DNA from: Xylanibacter ruminicola 23
GTDB lineage: Bacteria; Bacteroidota; Bacteroidia; Bacteroidales; Bacteroidaceae
Assembly: GCF_000025925.1 (NCBI RefSeq)
Contig: NC_014033.1
Span: forward strand, 3,300,001-3,332,000
Length of the DNA stretch: 32,000 bases
Reading direction: 5' to 3'
Part shown: one piece after another, positions 1 to 8,108 of the stretch
Numbering within the stretch: position 1 is the first letter of the stretch
How the letters are laid out: every line of letters starts with the position of its first letter
Program-made: the position numbers and the translations under genes
The notes under the pieces: model-generated
The model's database searches: none
What the model was told of the DNA's origin: nothing
What the model saw: the letters and a program-made list of their open reading frames with translations, nothing else

Positions 1-41
1 ATGTTACAAATGCAAAACTGATTGTAACATTCCTCTTCGCA

Positions 42-72
42 AAGATGCCGCGTTATCACAACGCAGCATCTT
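42..72 (-). other. 13-bp stem-loop; possible 3' structure of a minus-strand transcript
   Basis: The arms are aagatgccgcgtt (42-54) and aacgcagcatctt (60-72), with a 5-nt loop. The single C/A mismatch on the plus strand becomes a G-U wobble in minus-strand RNA, so the stem is complete only in a minus-strand transcript. No U-tract follows on either strand, so a terminator role is uncertain. Confidence 0.3.
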
Positions 73-218
73 ACAAATAAAACCAAAACAAGTCTTTTTT
101 AGTATTAATCTGTATAGTCGTATGGTCAGATTCTTATAATTGGTAAGAGAAGCTTCTGGATAGTGGTAAAAGGTTTATGGCTGACTATCACTGATGCCAC
201 TTTTGTTGTAACACGTTG

Positions 219-226
219 CAAATATA
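219..226 (-). promoter_or_regulatory. Bacteroidetes-type -7 promoter box (TATATTTG) firing leftward; orphan, with no CDS downstream inside the window
   Basis: The minus strand reads TATATTTGCAAC, which matches the TAnnTTTG -7 consensus. Its core ATATTTGCAAC (11 nt) is identical in the boxes upstream of two susC-like genes here. An imperfect palindrome, ttgtaacacgttgcaa (206-221), overlaps it. Confidence 0.35.
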
Positions 227-332
227 CGATAAAAATACACTTTCTAACTTTATTTCTTGTAACAAATTCTTTTTGTTTTATATCATTCTTGTTAATTTGT
301 TTTAATATGTGGGTAAATGTTGCTTTTAGCAC

Positions 333-364
333 AAAAAAAAGTGCCGCATCTCGCGACGCAGCAC
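333..364 (-). terminator. Rho-independent terminator of the SusC/SusD operon (minus strand)
   Basis: The hairpin pairs gtgccgc (341-347) with gcagcac (358-364). Its one C/A mismatch is a G-U pair in minus-strand RNA. The A8 run at 333-340 gives a U8 tail on the minus strand. The structure lies 69 nt downstream of the SusD-like stop codon at 434-436. Confidence 0.6.
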
Positions 365-433
365 CTTCGAAATACCAAAACAATGTGTCTAATACTAACT
401 ACTATAATTCATTTGTTAAACATCCGATTTGAT

Positions 434-2188
434 TTAGTTGTTAGCCCAACCACGTACCTGATGCATCTGATCGTTGATTTCGATAACGGTCTGTGGAATT
501 GGCCAGTACTCATTCTTACCAGCTACGAACTGGAGTTTGATACCAGCGTCGGCGAATGGATGATGGATCTTGTAATAGAGCTTGTGAGGCTTGGTCTTTG
601 GAGCAGAACCATCTGAAGGATTCCAGTACTCATCCCACTGCAGAGGAATGTTGTCGAGAACCTTGTCGTAGCACTGCTTAGCAATACCCCAACGTACGAT
701 GTCGAACCAACGGCAACCCTCGAACCAGAGCTCATACTGCTTCTCGTCCTGAATGGTCTGCAGGTCAACTGATGAAGAGATGGTCTTAGAACCGGCGCGC
801 TGCTGGATCTTGTTCACATACTTCAGAGCCTCTGAGCTGTTGCCAGATGCCAAGCAAGCCTCGGCATAGAGCAGGTAAGCCTCGCCCAGACGTGCCAGGC
901 ACAGGTTGGTGTTGTTACAGTTGTCACCTACAGAGAGGTCAACATCCTTAGGATGACACATCATCTTCACCTCCATGACATCACTGCGAGAGAAAGAACC
1001 GGCACTCTTGGTGATACCGCGATTCTCGTCAAATTCCTTCTCGGCACGAGTTGAGAGTTTTCCGCCTGCTTCTACGTCGTCAGCCCATGGGCAAAGTGTT
1101 GCATCGTAGAAGAACTCGTCAGAGGTGAGGAAGGTTGCCTTACGACGATAGCTGTCGCCATCATTAGCAAGCATCTTGTGAGCGAAATCCTGGTTGATAG
1201 AGCCACCGCCCCAACCACCGGTTGCGCAGATTTGTGGATTCTTACCACCGCCTACGATATCGTCACCACGCCAGTTGAGTACGTTGGCAACCATCCAACG
1301 GCCGCGCTGAATGCTACCGCCCCATACACCACCGATAGCAGTGTTAGTGGTATAGTTGAACTCGAAGATCTTCTCCTCGCAACCGTCACCCTCTACGTGG
1401 AACAGGTCGCGGAAACGGTTACCGGGAACCAGTGCATAGTTTGAAGACTCAACCAGTGGCTTCAGCAGACTGGCTGCCTTAGCGTTATCACCAGCGAACA
1501 GGGCAGATTTTCCACCTACGAACTGAGCAAATCCCTTTGTTACGCGCCAAGCACCTTCCTTGTCGCTCTGACCCTTACGCTCAGGCAGATCGTTTGCTGC
1601 TTCTTCGCATTCCTTGACACACCAGTCGAAAATCTCTTTCTGAGAAATGTCGTTAGATGGCTTGTCGGTAGTGATCAGGTGGTCAACCAATGGTGGCTGA
1701 TAGTAAACCTGTGCAGCCAGCATGTGAGCCCATGCACGCATTACTCTTGCCTCGGCAACAGCCTGTTTCTTAGTAGGTGTGTCAGCGAGTTCGCCACCAA
1801 AGTAGTTGATAACCAGGTTGGCAGAGTAGATGGCCTTATAGATGTGGTTGTAAAGGGTGCTGACTGGACCGAAACTGGCATCGTAGCGGAATTCGTTCAA
1901 CTCACGGAATCCAGTATGGTCGGCCATGTCGCCACCTGCTGCGAATACATCGTCAGATGCATAGTTGATACCTGTGATATAGGCACTCCAGATACCTTCA
2001 TTACCTCCAATTTCTCCAATGTATGTTGCATACATGGCTGTCACGGCAGACTCTGCATCGGCATCTGTTTTATAGAAGTTACCTGTGCTGCTGGTTGCTT
2101 TCTGCTCAATTTCGAGCAAGTCCTGATCGCACGAAGTGCACATCATGCCAGCAGAAAGCAGAGCAACTGAAAATAATATCTTTTTCAT
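434..2188 (-). CDS. SusD/RagB-family outer-membrane glycan-binding lipoprotein
   Basis: This is a 584-aa ORF lying 28 nt downstream of a SusC-like gene. It has a lipoprotein signal (MKKILFSVALLSAGMMCTSC) followed by acidic residues (DQDLLE). The N-terminal region is SusD-like (AESAVTAMYA...IYSANLVINY) and the C-terminal part is SusD-typical (YELWFEGCRWFDIVRWG, WPIPQ). Confidence 0.9.
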   Translation of the reverse strand: MKKILFSVALLSAGMMCTSCDQDLLEIEQKATSSTGNFYKTDADAESAVTAMYATYIGEIGGNEGIWSAYITGINYASDDVFAAGGDMADHTGFRELNEFRYDASFGPVSTLYNHIYKAIYSANLVINYFGGELADTPTKKQAVAEARVMRAWAHMLAAQVYYQPPLVDHLITTDKPSNDISQKEIFDWCVKECEEAANDLPERKGQSDKEGAWRVTKGFAQFVGGKSALFAGDNAKAASLLKPLVESSNYALVPGNRFRDLFHVEGDGCEEKIFEFNYTTNTAIGGVWGGSIQRGRWMVANVLNWRGDDIVGGGKNPQICATGGWGGGSINQDFAHKMLANDGDSYRRKATFLTSDEFFYDATLCPWADDVEAGGKLSTRAEKEFDENRGITKSAGSFSRSDVMEVKMMCHPKDVDLSVGDNCNNTNLCLARLGEAYLLYAEACLASGNSSEALKYVNKIQQRAGSKTISSSVDLQTIQDEKQYELWFEGCRWFDIVRWGIAKQCYDKVLDNIPLQWDEYWNPSDGSAPKTKPHKLYYKIHHPFADAGIKLQFVAGKNEYWPIPQTVIEINDQMHQVRGWANN

Positions 2189-2216
2189 ATTTATATTCGA
2201 TTTTTATTGATTGGAA

Positions 2217-5200
2217 TTAGAATGTAACACTTAAACCAAGAACCAGTTTGCGCATGTTAGGATAGTTACCCTTGTCAAGACCTGGGCAGTTGTACTCCTG
2301 TGTGCAGGTTTCTGGATCGAGACCAGGATACTTGGTGAATGTGAAGAAGTCGTCAAGAGATACGTAAGCACGTACGTTCTGCATATAAACCTTCTTGGTC
2401 AGGTTGGTAGGCAGGGTGTAACCCAGCTGAATCTGCTTGAGCTTGAAGAATGAACCGTTATATACCATAGCTGATGACTGGTAGAACTTGGCAACACCGT
2501 AAACACTCTTTGCCTCGGGGAACTTCTTTGACTTGAAGTCATCATAAACACCCTTTGCGATGTTGTTGTAACCTGTACGATACAAACCATAGTAGATATC
2601 GTTACCGGCCTGTCCTGCACCGAATACGGTCAGGTCGAAGCCCTTATATTCAGCATTGATAGTCAGACCGAAGGTAACGTCGGGCAGACCAGAACCGATG
2701 TTGGTCATGTCGCTATCAGTTGGGTCGTTGGTAAGGCCGCCATCTTTGGTATAGTACTGAGCGGTACCATCAGCAGCACGACCGGCATACTTATAACCGC
2801 GCATGTACCATACTGGCTGACCCTGCTCGAAGTAGCAGCGGATAGCACCAGGAGACGCTCCTTCAACGGTGGCACCAGAGATACGCTCGATAGAAGGATC
2901 AAGGTAGGTTGCCTTGTTCTTCAGTGTAGCGAAGTTACCAGAGATACTGTATCTGAAGTCACCGATGTTGTCCTTCCAAGTAAACTCAACCTCAAGACCG
3001 CTATTCTCAATCTCACCAGCGTTGATAGTCATGTCAGTGTAACCAGACTCAGGCATTACAGGAGCTTTAACGAGCAGGTCCTTAGTGGTCTTCTTATACC
3101 AGTCGATACCGAGAGACAGACGATCGTTGAAGAAACGGAAGTCAGCACCCAGGTCAATCTGTCTTGATTTCTCCCAAGTCAGGTCGGGGTTGGCAATACC
3201 ATTAGGCATAGAGCCGTATGTAGCAGCGTTTGTAGCACCATACTGATACCACTGGCCATTCAGACCAATACCAGCTGTATATGAGTAGTTACCCAATACG
3301 TTTACGTTACCGTTAGTACCCCATGATGCACGGATCTTACCGAAAGACATGATGCTTGGGTCGATGTTGTCCTTAAAGAACTTCTCGTTAGAGAATGTCC
3401 AACCTGCTGAACCAGAGAAGAAGTAACCCCAACGGTTATCCTTTGACAGTTTAGAAGAGTCGAATGCATCAGCACGGAAGTTGCCCTGCAAGCTGTAACG
3501 GTTGTCATAGCTATAGAGAATACGTCCGAAGTAAGAGAGTGCACGTGTCATGTTAGGCATGCCGCTGAATCCCTTAACAGTATCATCGTTACCGTTTACA
3601 CAGTTCAAATATCTGTAGTTAGGTTCATAAGCAGTCAGAATATCTGGACCAGAAGCATTGGCGCTAACACCGTTAGAGTTGTACTGGCGGAATGACATAC
3701 CGGCCATGGCGCCTACATTGTGCTTACCGAAGTCCTGGTTGTAGTTGATGAAGTTTTCCCACTGATACCAGGTAGAGTTGTTGCTTGCACCGTTGATGGT
3801 GTAGTTGTCACCCTTGGTCTGACCATTCAGGTAGTAAGGATACTGCCAGTCAGAGCTATTGTTGAATGACAAACGATAACCTAAGCGAGAGGTGAAGGTT
3901 ACCTGCTTGATAGGAGTGATGTTCATGAATACAGTACCATTCACGTTTACACCCTCGTTTCTGCCCTCGGCACGGTCGCGCTGTGAGAATGGGTTGGCAC
4001 CTGCCAGACGTGTATTGAAGTATGAAGTGGCATAGTAGCCATTCTCATCACCAAACAGAGTATATTTTGAGTTGCCAGCCTGAATTGCATCGTAATATGA
4101 AGCATATTCACCCAGCATCTGGTTGCGAGAAGTCCAATACAAGGGAGTCAATGGGTCGATCAAAAGCAGCATTTCGAATGAAGAACCATAACCATTCTCT
4201 GATACGCCACGTGAAGACCACTTCTCGATAGCAGTGTTGGTACCAATCTGCAACCAATCCTTAATCTTATAGTCAGCGTTGATCTGAGCTGTCAGACGCT
4301 CGTATTTATCCTTGTTGCCCTTTACGATACCATCCTGGTTTACATAGCTGGTGCTCAGGAAGTAAGAACCACGGTCATTTCCACCCTGGAAAGTCAAAGT
4401 GTGCTGCTGTGCCCATGTGTCCTCGAAATATTCCTTCATCCAATCAGTATCGGTGTTGGGATTCCAACCATATTGGTTTATGGCATCTTGCATGTCCAGA
4501 TCGAGCTGACGGTACTTCTGACCATCTTTCTCGACCTCACCTAACTGCATGTCCATCCAATCCTTGAACTGACCTGCATTCAAGAGCTTACCAACGTGAC
4601 CGAGGTTCTGGTTTGTGAACTTGACCTCGTAAGTGATTGAACCCTGACCCTTGCTCTTGGCACCACTCTTGGTGGTGATCAGTACAACACCATTACCAGC
4701 CTCAGCACCGTAGATGGCAGCCGAAGCAGCGTCCTTCAGTACCTCCATTGACTCAATCATTGAAGGATCGAGGTACTGGATGCTTGATACCTGCAGACCA
4801 TCGACGATCAGCAGAGGACCGATGTTGCTAGAGTTAGAAGAGTAACCACGTACGCGGATAGAAGCACCCTGACCAGGCTTACCTGAACTGTTCAGAATCT
4901 GTACACCAGCGGCCTTACCCTGCAGAGCAGCAGCAGCGTCGGTGGTTGAACGGTGCTTCAGGTCCTCGGCCTTTACTGATGCTACAGAACCGGTCAAGTC
5001 TGACTTCTTCTGCACACCATAACCGATAACTACAACGTCGTTCAGGGTCTGTGCATCTTCTTTAAGAGTAACAGAGAGATTGTTTTTGCCAGCTACCTTT
5101 ACAGTTTCGGTAGTGTAGCCAATGTAACTGATAACCAGTGTGGCGTTGTTGTCGGCCTGAACACTGAAGTTACCATCGAAGTCTGTAATGACACCCGACT

Positions 5201-5357
5201 TTGAGCCTTGTACTTTTACACTAGCACCAATGATCGGGTCGCCAGATACATCTTTCACCGTTCCCTTGATCAAGCTCTGAGCCAGCGCTCCCAGTGGGAA
5301 CAAACAGAGCAGGAACAGTGCCATTAACGGCTTTTGGATTGATTTAAAATTCCACAT
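2217..5357 (-). CDS. SusC/RagA-family TonB-dependent outer-membrane transporter
   Basis: This is a 1046-aa ORF with a signal peptide and a carboxypeptidase-regulatory-like N-terminus (IKGTVKDVSGDPIIGASVKVQGSKSGVITDFDGNFSV). It carries a TonB-box/plug region (DVVVIGYGVQKKSDLTGSV, MIESMEVLKDAASAAIYGAEAGNGVVLITTK) and a terminal aromatic residue (LSVTF). There is no N-terminal STN/anti-sigma signalling extension. Confidence 0.92.
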   Translation of the reverse strand: MWNFKSIQKPLMALFLLCLFPLGALAQSLIKGTVKDVSGDPIIGASVKVQGSKSGVITDFDGNFSVQADNNATLVISYIGYTTETVKVAGKNNLSVTLKEDAQTLNDVVVIGYGVQKKSDLTGSVASVKAEDLKHRSTTDAAAALQGKAAGVQILNSSGKPGQGASIRVRGYSSNSSNIGPLLIVDGLQVSSIQYLDPSMIESMEVLKDAASAAIYGAEAGNGVVLITTKSGAKSKGQGSITYEVKFTNQNLGHVGKLLNAGQFKDWMDMQLGEVEKDGQKYRQLDLDMQDAINQYGWNPNTDTDWMKEYFEDTWAQQHTLTFQGGNDRGSYFLSTSYVNQDGIVKGNKDKYERLTAQINADYKIKDWLQIGTNTAIEKWSSRGVSENGYGSSFEMLLLIDPLTPLYWTSRNQMLGEYASYYDAIQAGNSKYTLFGDENGYYATSYFNTRLAGANPFSQRDRAEGRNEGVNVNGTVFMNITPIKQVTFTSRLGYRLSFNNSSDWQYPYYLNGQTKGDNYTINGASNNSTWYQWENFINYNQDFGKHNVGAMAGMSFRQYNSNGVSANASGPDILTAYEPNYRYLNCVNGNDDTVKGFSGMPNMTRALSYFGRILYSYDNRYSLQGNFRADAFDSSKLSKDNRWGYFFSGSAGWTFSNEKFFKDNIDPSIMSFGKIRASWGTNGNVNVLGNYSYTAGIGLNGQWYQYGATNAATYGSMPNGIANPDLTWEKSRQIDLGADFRFFNDRLSLGIDWYKKTTKDLLVKAPVMPESGYTDMTINAGEIENSGLEVEFTWKDNIGDFRYSISGNFATLKNKATYLDPSIERISGATVEGASPGAIRCYFEQGQPVWYMRGYKYAGRAADGTAQYYTKDGGLTNDPTDSDMTNIGSGLPDVTFGLTINAEYKGFDLTVFGAGQAGNDIYYGLYRTGYNNIAKGVYDDFKSKKFPEAKSVYGVAKFYQSSAMVYNGSFFKLKQIQLGYTLPTNLTKKVYMQNVRAYVSLDDFFTFTKYPGLDPETCTQEYNCPGLDKGNYPNMRKLVLGLSVTF

Positions 5358-5432
5358 AATTAATTTAATTAGTTAGATAATTGAATATGTTATTTGGCTG
5401 AATTCGTACTTTTAGGTTTCAATTTCCGGTTG

Positions 5433-5440
5433 CAAATATA
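5433..5440 (-). promoter_or_regulatory. -7 promoter box (TATATTTG) for the SusC/SusD operon
   Basis: The minus strand reads TATATTTGCAACCGGAA, with the box about 75 nt upstream of the susC-like ATG at 5357. It matches the TAnnTTTG consensus. Confidence 0.5.
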
Positions 5441-5593
5441 TTATAAATTTAACTCATTTAGTTTATTTTTTGTAACGTAGAGTTTGTAAAATTGTCAAAT
5501 TGTCCAAAAATGTAACATTTGATAAAGTTCTGGTTACTTTTTAATACTATCGCCTCATTAAACGTTTACCATTTTTAAGCTTCTAATAATACT

Positions 5594-5629
5594 AAAAAAG
5601 GTGCTGCGTTGTGTTGCGCAGCACCTTTT
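5594..5629 (-). terminator. Rho-independent (structurally bidirectional) terminator downstream of the TPR-PP2C gene
   Basis: A perfect 9-bp stem pairs ggtgctgcg (5600-5608) with cgcagcacc (5617-5625) around an 8-nt loop. It is flanked by A6 (5594-5599) and T4 (5626-5629). It lies 25 nt beyond the stop codon at 5654-5656. Confidence 0.75.
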
Positions 5630-5653
5630 GAATATGTTTTGCTAACTGTTTGT

Positions 5654-7921
5654 CTATTGTATCTCAGTAGCTTCGGCATCTTCGATGATCACATCTGGCT
5701 CGTCGTAGTACTCTGGTTCGTCGTAAACCTTGGGCTCTTCGAATACCTGTGGCTCAGGTATGGGCTCGGTAGCAATTGTGGGCTCTGGTTGCTCTGGTGC
5801 AACGGTTGTTTCTACCTCAGGTTCCATCTCAGGCTCTAAGTCCTCGTCGGCTTTCTGCTCCAGTTTGGTGGCACCCTTGAAACGGATGGCCAACAGGGCC
5901 ATATCATCACGCTGTTCGAAGTCGCCGGCAAAGCGGTGTACGGCATCCAGCATGTTCTCGATAAATGGTTTGGGTCGTGGGTCCAGCTTCATGGCCTGCA
6001 GTGCCGATCCTAACATACGTTTCTCGTTAAACACGCGGTGCTCGGCATTCTTTACCTTAATAAGTCCTTCGGTATTCAGGAATATCATGGTGCCAGGCAG
6101 CATCGTCATCTCCTGAGCCTCATAGGCATAGTTGGGTTCTTCGCCTATGGCTACATTCTGCTCTACAGGCAGGTGGTGCAACTCGTTGCTTACCAACAGT
6201 GGAGCTGCATGACTGGCATTACAGAAGTACAGTTTGCCATTATAAATGTCGAGTACACCAATAAACAGACGTATATCGATACCCTTGTTTTCTTTCTGTG
6301 CCAATGCGTTGTTGATAGCCGACATAATCTTGTCGGGCTGCGATTCGAAGGTGGCTGCTGTACGGAACTGTGCTTTGACGATGGTTGTAAGCAATGATGC
6401 TTTGACACCTTCTACGCCTGATTCTCCTACACAGAAGAACAGTTTGCCGTCGCGTACACAGTAGTCCATCACACCACCACCTTCCATCTGGCCCATTTTT
6501 ATGGCGCTCCATAGGTCGAACGACTTATACTTGGGTAGCAGTCGTGGGGCAATCACACGCTGTATATTCTGGGCGATACGGAATTCTGAGGCTTCGCGCT
6601 CTTTCACTGCCGTATCGGCTTCCATGCGATCGTAGTCGTATTTCAGATCTTCGTAGGCAGCCTGTAGCTGATGCGCCATACGGCGACGGATGAGTGCATA
6701 GCCTAACAAACAGAGTATGACAATGGCAATACCGAAAGCAATCATAAACTGATACTTGCGATTTTTCTTGGCTTCCTGCTCTGTCATCTTCTCTACGGTC
6801 TTTACAATCACAGCCTGCTCTTCCTGTTCTATCTTCTTCGACTTGGCAATCGCCTGACCTAATGCGTTACTGATACTGAGTGCTACCTGAATGGCTGAGT
6901 CGCGTCGCCCAGCTTGCAGGTTTGTGCGGTATTTCTTCAGCACCAGGTTCTCGATATTCTCCAACGAGTAATTCTGCGGCGTTTCGCCCATCATCGCATC
7001 CAGACTACGATAGTGTTCGGCAGCCTCATCCCAGCGGTTAGCGGCTGTCAGATAGTCGTTAGCGTCGATACGTCCCTTAGGTGTGTTACTGTAACGGGTA
7101 CTCTGGAACTTTTCGTAGGCTTTGGCAGCTTCTTCGGTTTGACCTAAACCTAGTAGGGCAAGCGCCTGGTAGATATCGTAGCGGGCCAGCTGTCGGTCGA
7201 TAAAGTCGGCATCGGCATCAGGTCGCTGTTCATATTCGCTCAGTATCTGTCCAAAGCGGGTGGTCCATGTCAGGGCCTCCTGCCATTTCTTTGCATATAT
7301 ATAATTATAGGTAATATTGATGAGACCGGTGATTCCATCTTTATAGACCACATCGTTGTGGAAGGTCTCTATGTTTTCCTTATGCCGCTGGTAAGCCTTA
7401 TTAAAACCATCGCTATTACCATTGGCTGTGCCTAATCCCTCCTGACAGCAACCTATATATATAAGTATGTTCAGGTAATCGCTGGTACTGTCGCAGTGAA
7501 GCTCCTCCAGTTTGTTGGCTGCAGGGACGGCTGCATTCAGTCCCTCCTCGTAGTCGCCTCTTACGGATAGCATGTTAGCCAGACGACTGGCCGACTTGGC
7601 ATAGTAAGCCATCTCGTCGCTGCTGGTTGCGTTTTCTGCCGCATCGAGTGATGCTTTCCAATAGAACTCAGCCAGGCGCTGTCGTTTCATCTTGTCGCAG
7701 GCATAGCCTCGCCAATAGTATGCTTTGGTGGGGGTGATACTGCCGATGGTTTCTAAGCTGTCAACCACCTTCAGCAGTTCAGGGTAGTTCTTGGTCTTCT
7801 GAGTGTTCTCAATCAATTTGTCGGCTTCACTCATCTGTCCGTTCTGCTCCTCATTGTTGCAGGCTGCCATCAACACGCCTGCCATCACCATCAGGAATAT
7901 CCAAATTTTTGTCTGTCTCAT
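5654..7921 (-). CDS. Membrane-anchored TPR-like sensor with a cytoplasmic PP2C/SpoIIE-family (RsbU-like) phosphatase domain and an acidic Pro/Glu-rich tail
   Basis: The ORF track starts this gene at a TTG (7933); the ATG at 7921 gives MRQTKIWIFLMVMAGVLMAAC, a signal peptide with a lipobox. About 370 aa of helical, TPR-like repeats follow (YYWRGYACDK, AYYAKSASRLANM, YDIYQALALLGLGQTEEAAKAYEKF). A single TM helix, YQFMIAFGIAIVILCLLGYALI, is encoded at 6689-6754. The SpoIIE-like domain (about 5876-6580) carries the motifs EGGGVMD, VGESGVEG, ASHAAPLL, NTEGL and RDDMALLAIRF. The C-terminal 69 aa are rich in E, P and D. Confidence 0.75.
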   Translation of the reverse strand: MRQTKIWIFLMVMAGVLMAACNNEEQNGQMSEADKLIENTQKTKNYPELLKVVDSLETIGSITPTKAYYWRGYACDKMKRQRLAEFYWKASLDAAENATSSDEMAYYAKSASRLANMLSVRGDYEEGLNAAVPAANKLEELHCDSTSDYLNILIYIGCCQEGLGTANGNSDGFNKAYQRHKENIETFHNDVVYKDGITGLINITYNYIYAKKWQEALTWTTRFGQILSEYEQRPDADADFIDRQLARYDIYQALALLGLGQTEEAAKAYEKFQSTRYSNTPKGRIDANDYLTAANRWDEAAEHYRSLDAMMGETPQNYSLENIENLVLKKYRTNLQAGRRDSAIQVALSISNALGQAIAKSKKIEQEEQAVIVKTVEKMTEQEAKKNRKYQFMIAFGIAIVILCLLGYALIRRRMAHQLQAAYEDLKYDYDRMEADTAVKEREASEFRIAQNIQRVIAPRLLPKYKSFDLWSAIKMGQMEGGGVMDYCVRDGKLFFCVGESGVEGVKASLLTTIVKAQFRTAATFESQPDKIMSAINNALAQKENKGIDIRLFIGVLDIYNGKLYFCNASHAAPLLVSNELHHLPVEQNVAIGEEPNYAYEAQEMTMLPGTMIFLNTEGLIKVKNAEHRVFNEKRMLGSALQAMKLDPRPKPFIENMLDAVHRFAGDFEQRDDMALLAIRFKGATKLEQKADEDLEPEMEPEVETTVAPEQPEPTIATEPIPEPQVFEEPKVYDEPEYYDEPDVIIEDAEATEIQ

Positions 7922-7953
7922 ATACTGTTCCAAGTAATTGAAGTTTCTGGATG

Positions 7954-7961
7954 CAAAGATA
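7954..7961 (-). promoter_or_regulatory. -7 promoter box (TATCTTTG) for the TPR-PP2C gene
   Basis: The minus strand reads GTATCTTTGCA, a full TAnnTTTG match 33 nt upstream of the ATG at 7921. The same 11-mer occurs upstream of the GH125 gene. Confidence 0.5.
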
Positions 7962-8076
7962 CAAAAGAATTTTAAATAAACTCAAAAACAAGGCAAAAAA
8001 GTGCTTGTTAGGGGACGATGATACGCACACAAAAGTAAATGTAACTCTTTGAAAAAGGTATTTTCTGAAAACTGCG

Positions 8077-8084
8077 TACCTTTG
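8077..8084 (+). promoter_or_regulatory. -7 promoter box (TACCTTTG) for the GH5-esterase operon
   Basis: TACCTTTGC is a full TAnnTTTG match ending 24 nt upstream of the ATG at 8109. The same 9-mer precedes the GH92 gene. Confidence 0.5.
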
Positions 8085-8108
8085 CACCCAGAATAAACTG
8101 AAACATTG

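Noticed and set aside
1-270. A phase-variable (invertible) promoter flanked by the inverted TGTAACA repeats.
   Set aside because: The inverted copies are only 8-9 bp long, whereas Bacteroides invertible promoters typically have longer inverted repeats. No site-specific recombinase gene is in the window, and the region is cut by the window edge. I kept it only as a repeat/operator observation.
126-616. Small ORFs (85, 89 and 99 aa) in or next to the AT-rich region downstream of the first SusD-like gene.
   Set aside because: Their sequences are low-complexity, Phe/Leu/Ile/Lys-rich translations of AT-rich DNA. They overlap each other, the operon terminator and the SusD 3' end, and have no recognisable domains.
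5609-5839. A 76-aa plus-strand ORF spanning the terminator and the antisense of the PP2C tail.
   Set aside because: It starts inside the terminator hairpin and otherwise mirrors the repetitive Pro/Glu-rich tail on the opposite strand. It is an artefact of that repeat.
8048-8051. -33 TTTG elements to pair with the -7 boxes, for example TTTG at 8048-8051 upstream of the GH5 promoter.
   Set aside because: The spacing to the -7 box (25 nt) is longer than the roughly 19-21 nt expected. For most of the other promoters I found no correctly spaced TTTG, so I did not annotate -33 elements.
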